DNA of 64,000 nucleotides from the NCBI RefSeq assembly GCF_018977255.1, contig NW_024704742.1, positions 129,086,001 to 129,150,000 on the forward strand, written 5' to 3'. The notes under the pieces are model-generated. The model had not been told where the DNA came from and did not search any database. It saw nothing but the letters and a program-made list of their open reading frames with translations. Positions 60,871 to 64,000 of the stretch are shown here, piece after piece. Every line of letters starts with the position of its first letter. The stretch's first letter is position 1. Both the position numbers and the translations under genes were made by a program. Source of the DNA: Callorhinchus milii. Its lineage: Eukaryota.

Positions 60871-62819
60871 AACTGACACCCATTGGGTGAATCACTGATG
60901 GGGGGGAACTAGTGAAGCACTCTGTAGTCTTTCTGTTCCAGTTCCCCCCCAAAATTGTGTCCCTTCAACATAAATATGAGCTGCAAAACAAAACCTGCAT
61001 GAAGTGCACACGGCACAGGAAAGCTTAACCACTCTAATTTCAGAACATTCCCTTGGTAACCATCGCTTCACAACATCACTACTGACCTCCTCTCCCTCAC
61101 ACAGAACTCCCAACGTATACACTTCTCAACAGCCAGAAATTCTCTGATGCACCTTCAATGTTACCACTGGATGTTATTAACTTCAGAGCCGTATTTTGTC
61201 AAGGGGCAAGCACTCATCCTTGATCCTCATGATTAAATCTAGCTTTTTTTTTCCCCACCACTGGTCCAGGTGACTGCAGAAGAGGCTGCATGAAATGTTG
61301 CTGTTAAATTCCAAGCAGCGTTTCAGATTTGTACAGTCCATTCCAACAACAAAAAATTGCATTTATATAGTGCCCTGTAAGCAGGATAGTGTCTCATATT
61401 GTTGCACAGCAGCAGAGTTGGAGGCCGAGCAAAGAAGGGGGAGGGATAGTTGATTACAAGTGCCATCGAAGAGGTAGTTCTTCAGGTGGGATTCAAAGAA
61501 AAATTAAGAATCAAAACAGAGGGAATCAGGTAAGGAGGCCAAGAGGTTGTATCACTGGTTCTACATTGCAATTCTCTAAGCAAAACAGGGCTCTTTACGT
61601 ACTGTACTTGAAATTAGGTTAAAGCTGTCAGTACTTATTTCATTTATATCAACAACTTCACATTTTTATGCCATGTCAGGAGGGCATCTCAAAGCTTCAT
61701 TTGAGAGTCCGAGCGGTGGGTAGGTGATGGGGGAGGTTGAGGAAGGAAGGTGGAAGAATACATTAAAACTATTAATTTAATTTATTCTCCTAACTGGGGA
61801 TAATGCCTTTGGAAATGCCAAGGACGATGGTAGCTGGTTTAATAGCAGAAGTTCTAGCTGGGTATGAACGCACTCCACAAATATTATAATAATAATAATC
61901 CTTGCTTTTGATACAGTGCCTTATCATGTCATTGAAATGTCTCAAAGCACTTCACAGAATATACTGTAAAGGGAATTGACTGTATATTTTGTGGGCGAAA
62001 GGTTGATTTAATTCTGACATTCAATTGCGAAACATGTCACCTTTCAGCCAGCTCTGCACCAAGGAAACCTGACAAGGAAGACAGGTTATTAGGACTCTGA
62101 ATATCCCAAGTGAGAGATTTTTCCCTTCAATCTTTCTTATGTTTGTACCTAGGGACCAGATGTGAAAGCATTGTGTCCTAACTCATTACCTCCACCAGTC
62201 CCTCAGTTAATTATTGACACATTAAATAAAGGGAGATTATTTTTTTCCAGCTGTCAAACTCTATGAACCAGTTGTGCAGCAAATACACATACAATTCTAG
62301 GAAAGGGAATAATCCTACCAGCACGAGAGCTGGTGTGAATGGACCACTTACATTTACATCACTTAAATGCAACCATAGGATTGCACTGGTTTAAATTCAC
62401 ACATAGTTATTTAATAACAGCCACTACCTTTGACCTACAGGGGAAATCAGAGTAACTCTCCAAACATCAGTGCATTTACTGACCTTGGGTGAGCAAACAG
62501 ACCTAATTCTCTACCGCTCAGTGAACATACTAATTTTGGCAACATGAATAATAATAATCTTCCAAGGTCAGTGAATTTACCAATGATTAAAGAATTGCCA
62601 CTGCTATAAATAATAATAATCTTTGCATTTGATATAGCGCCTCATCACATTGAAACTTCTCAAAATGTTTCTGTAAAGTGTAGTGACTGTGTACTTCATA
62701 TACAAACACAGCAGACAATCTGCGCACAACAATGTCCCACAAACAGCGGGGGAACGATTGACCAAATATATATTTCAGATATACCAATAGAGCAGGACAA
62801 GCAGGTGCATCAATTATAG

Positions 62820-62990
62820 GATAGACACTGGGAAGCATTTCTTTATGAAGATGTAAACAGTGTTAGTAGGAAGAATGATAGGAGTCAGTACACTGGACTC
62901 ATTTCAGATGCTGTAATAGGAAGACAGTAAAATGGGTATTCTCAATGTACGAGTTCAAATGACTGAAGGATCTTCTTCATCTCTTGTACT
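62820..62990 (+). mobile_element. Degraded CR1 3' fragment
   Basis: ggaagcatttcttt...cactggactcatttcagatgctg...gaaggatcttcttcatc; similar to 12050-12330. Confidence 0.5.
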
Positions 62991-63779
62991 GTTAGCAATG
63001 GAATACATAAGGATTCAAAATGATATCAAACTCCAAAGTATTTAATGAGGATTTTTTAACCATTCATTCTATTTAGCCCATCGTTCAGTGCAGACTTTAC
63101 TTCTGATCTTTTAAAAAATACATGTCACATTGTTGTGGAGTTTGAGAGGTTAAGACAAAAGGCATTTCAGTAAATTTCAACCTCGGTGCTTGGGAAGGGG
63201 ACGGTGATACAAAAAATACAGATTAAAGGAATTACCGGTGGGGTACGGGTGGAAACAAAATATTCATAAAGAGGGTGGTTATAATTCAGATATCTCTAAA
63301 CAAACTCGAGCTGAAGCAAATGATTTTACCATACAATGAAACACAAATTTCCATTTATAGTTTGAAAGAGAAATAAATATTACTTGAAAAAGAAGAATAT
63401 TAAAAGGTAAGAGGAAAGAACAGTATGGTGTTAGACTAGCTATCTTGTGTGGGGAAAAACAACACAGATTTAATGAGGGAATGGTCTGTTTCTGTAGAGT
63501 AACGTTCAATGATTCTATAAGAGGAACTGGATGTTAATACACTCGTATTGATTTCCCCAAAGCCAATTAATTTAGAAATGTTTCACGAAATTGGATCATC
63601 TCAACCTAAGAGATTACCTTGCACTGGTATTTACATTTGATGTCTCTTGCTTATTGCCAGGAATTAAACTGATTAGCTGTACTGCCGAGTGGCATGCAAA
63701 TGAGACTAATCAAATATCTTTCATGCCAAAGAAGCAGAAAGATCTAGGACAAAACACAAAATATTGCAGGTTAAATAAT

Positions 63780-63967
63780 TAATAATAATTTGGTCACTCA
63801 ATCCACAACTATTTGTGGGACACTGCTGTGCACAATTGTGCACAATCACGTTTCGCCCACAAAATGTACAGTCAAATCACTTTATAGTATATTCTGTGAA
63901 GCGCTTTGAGAAGTTTCAATGACATGATCGGGCACTATATTAAATGCAAAGGTTATTATTATTATTA
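63780..63967 (+). mobile_element. SINE family A 3' module
   Basis: ttggtcactcaatccac...tgtgggacactgctgtgcacaatt...gcgctttgag...(att)n. Confidence 0.85.
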
Positions 63968-64000
63968 CCTTCAAGAATCCCATCATGTTGAGATCCAACT

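Overview
This is repeat-rich, apparently non-coding vertebrate DNA (a large intron or intergenic region). The repeat set suggests a cartilaginous fish, possibly a chimaera; this is inference from L2 and CR1 LINEs, Deu-domain SINEs and a shark-type Penelope-derived palindrome. I found no confident host protein-coding gene, RNA gene, CRISPR array or prokaryotic system, and most ORF-track entries are repeat-derived or chance. Main contents: (1) a young L2-clade LINE in four near-identical copies, one keeping an uninterrupted ~690-codon reverse-transcriptase frame and sitting inside a decayed RTE-like LINE; (2) many older L2 and CR1 fragments; (3) tRNA-headed SINEs, two families of which share a covarying 3' stem-loop with the L2, including a chimeric tRNA-Ala-like + CORE-like + Deu-3' family in long and short subfamilies; (4) an abundant unclassified ~600-bp repeat ('family C'); (5) a TSD-flanked fold-back element with a degenerate minimal hammerhead-ribozyme motif in each arm, probably Penelope-derived. 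Boundaries of old repeats are approximate (tens of bp), and family names come from recalled consensus sequences, not database searches.
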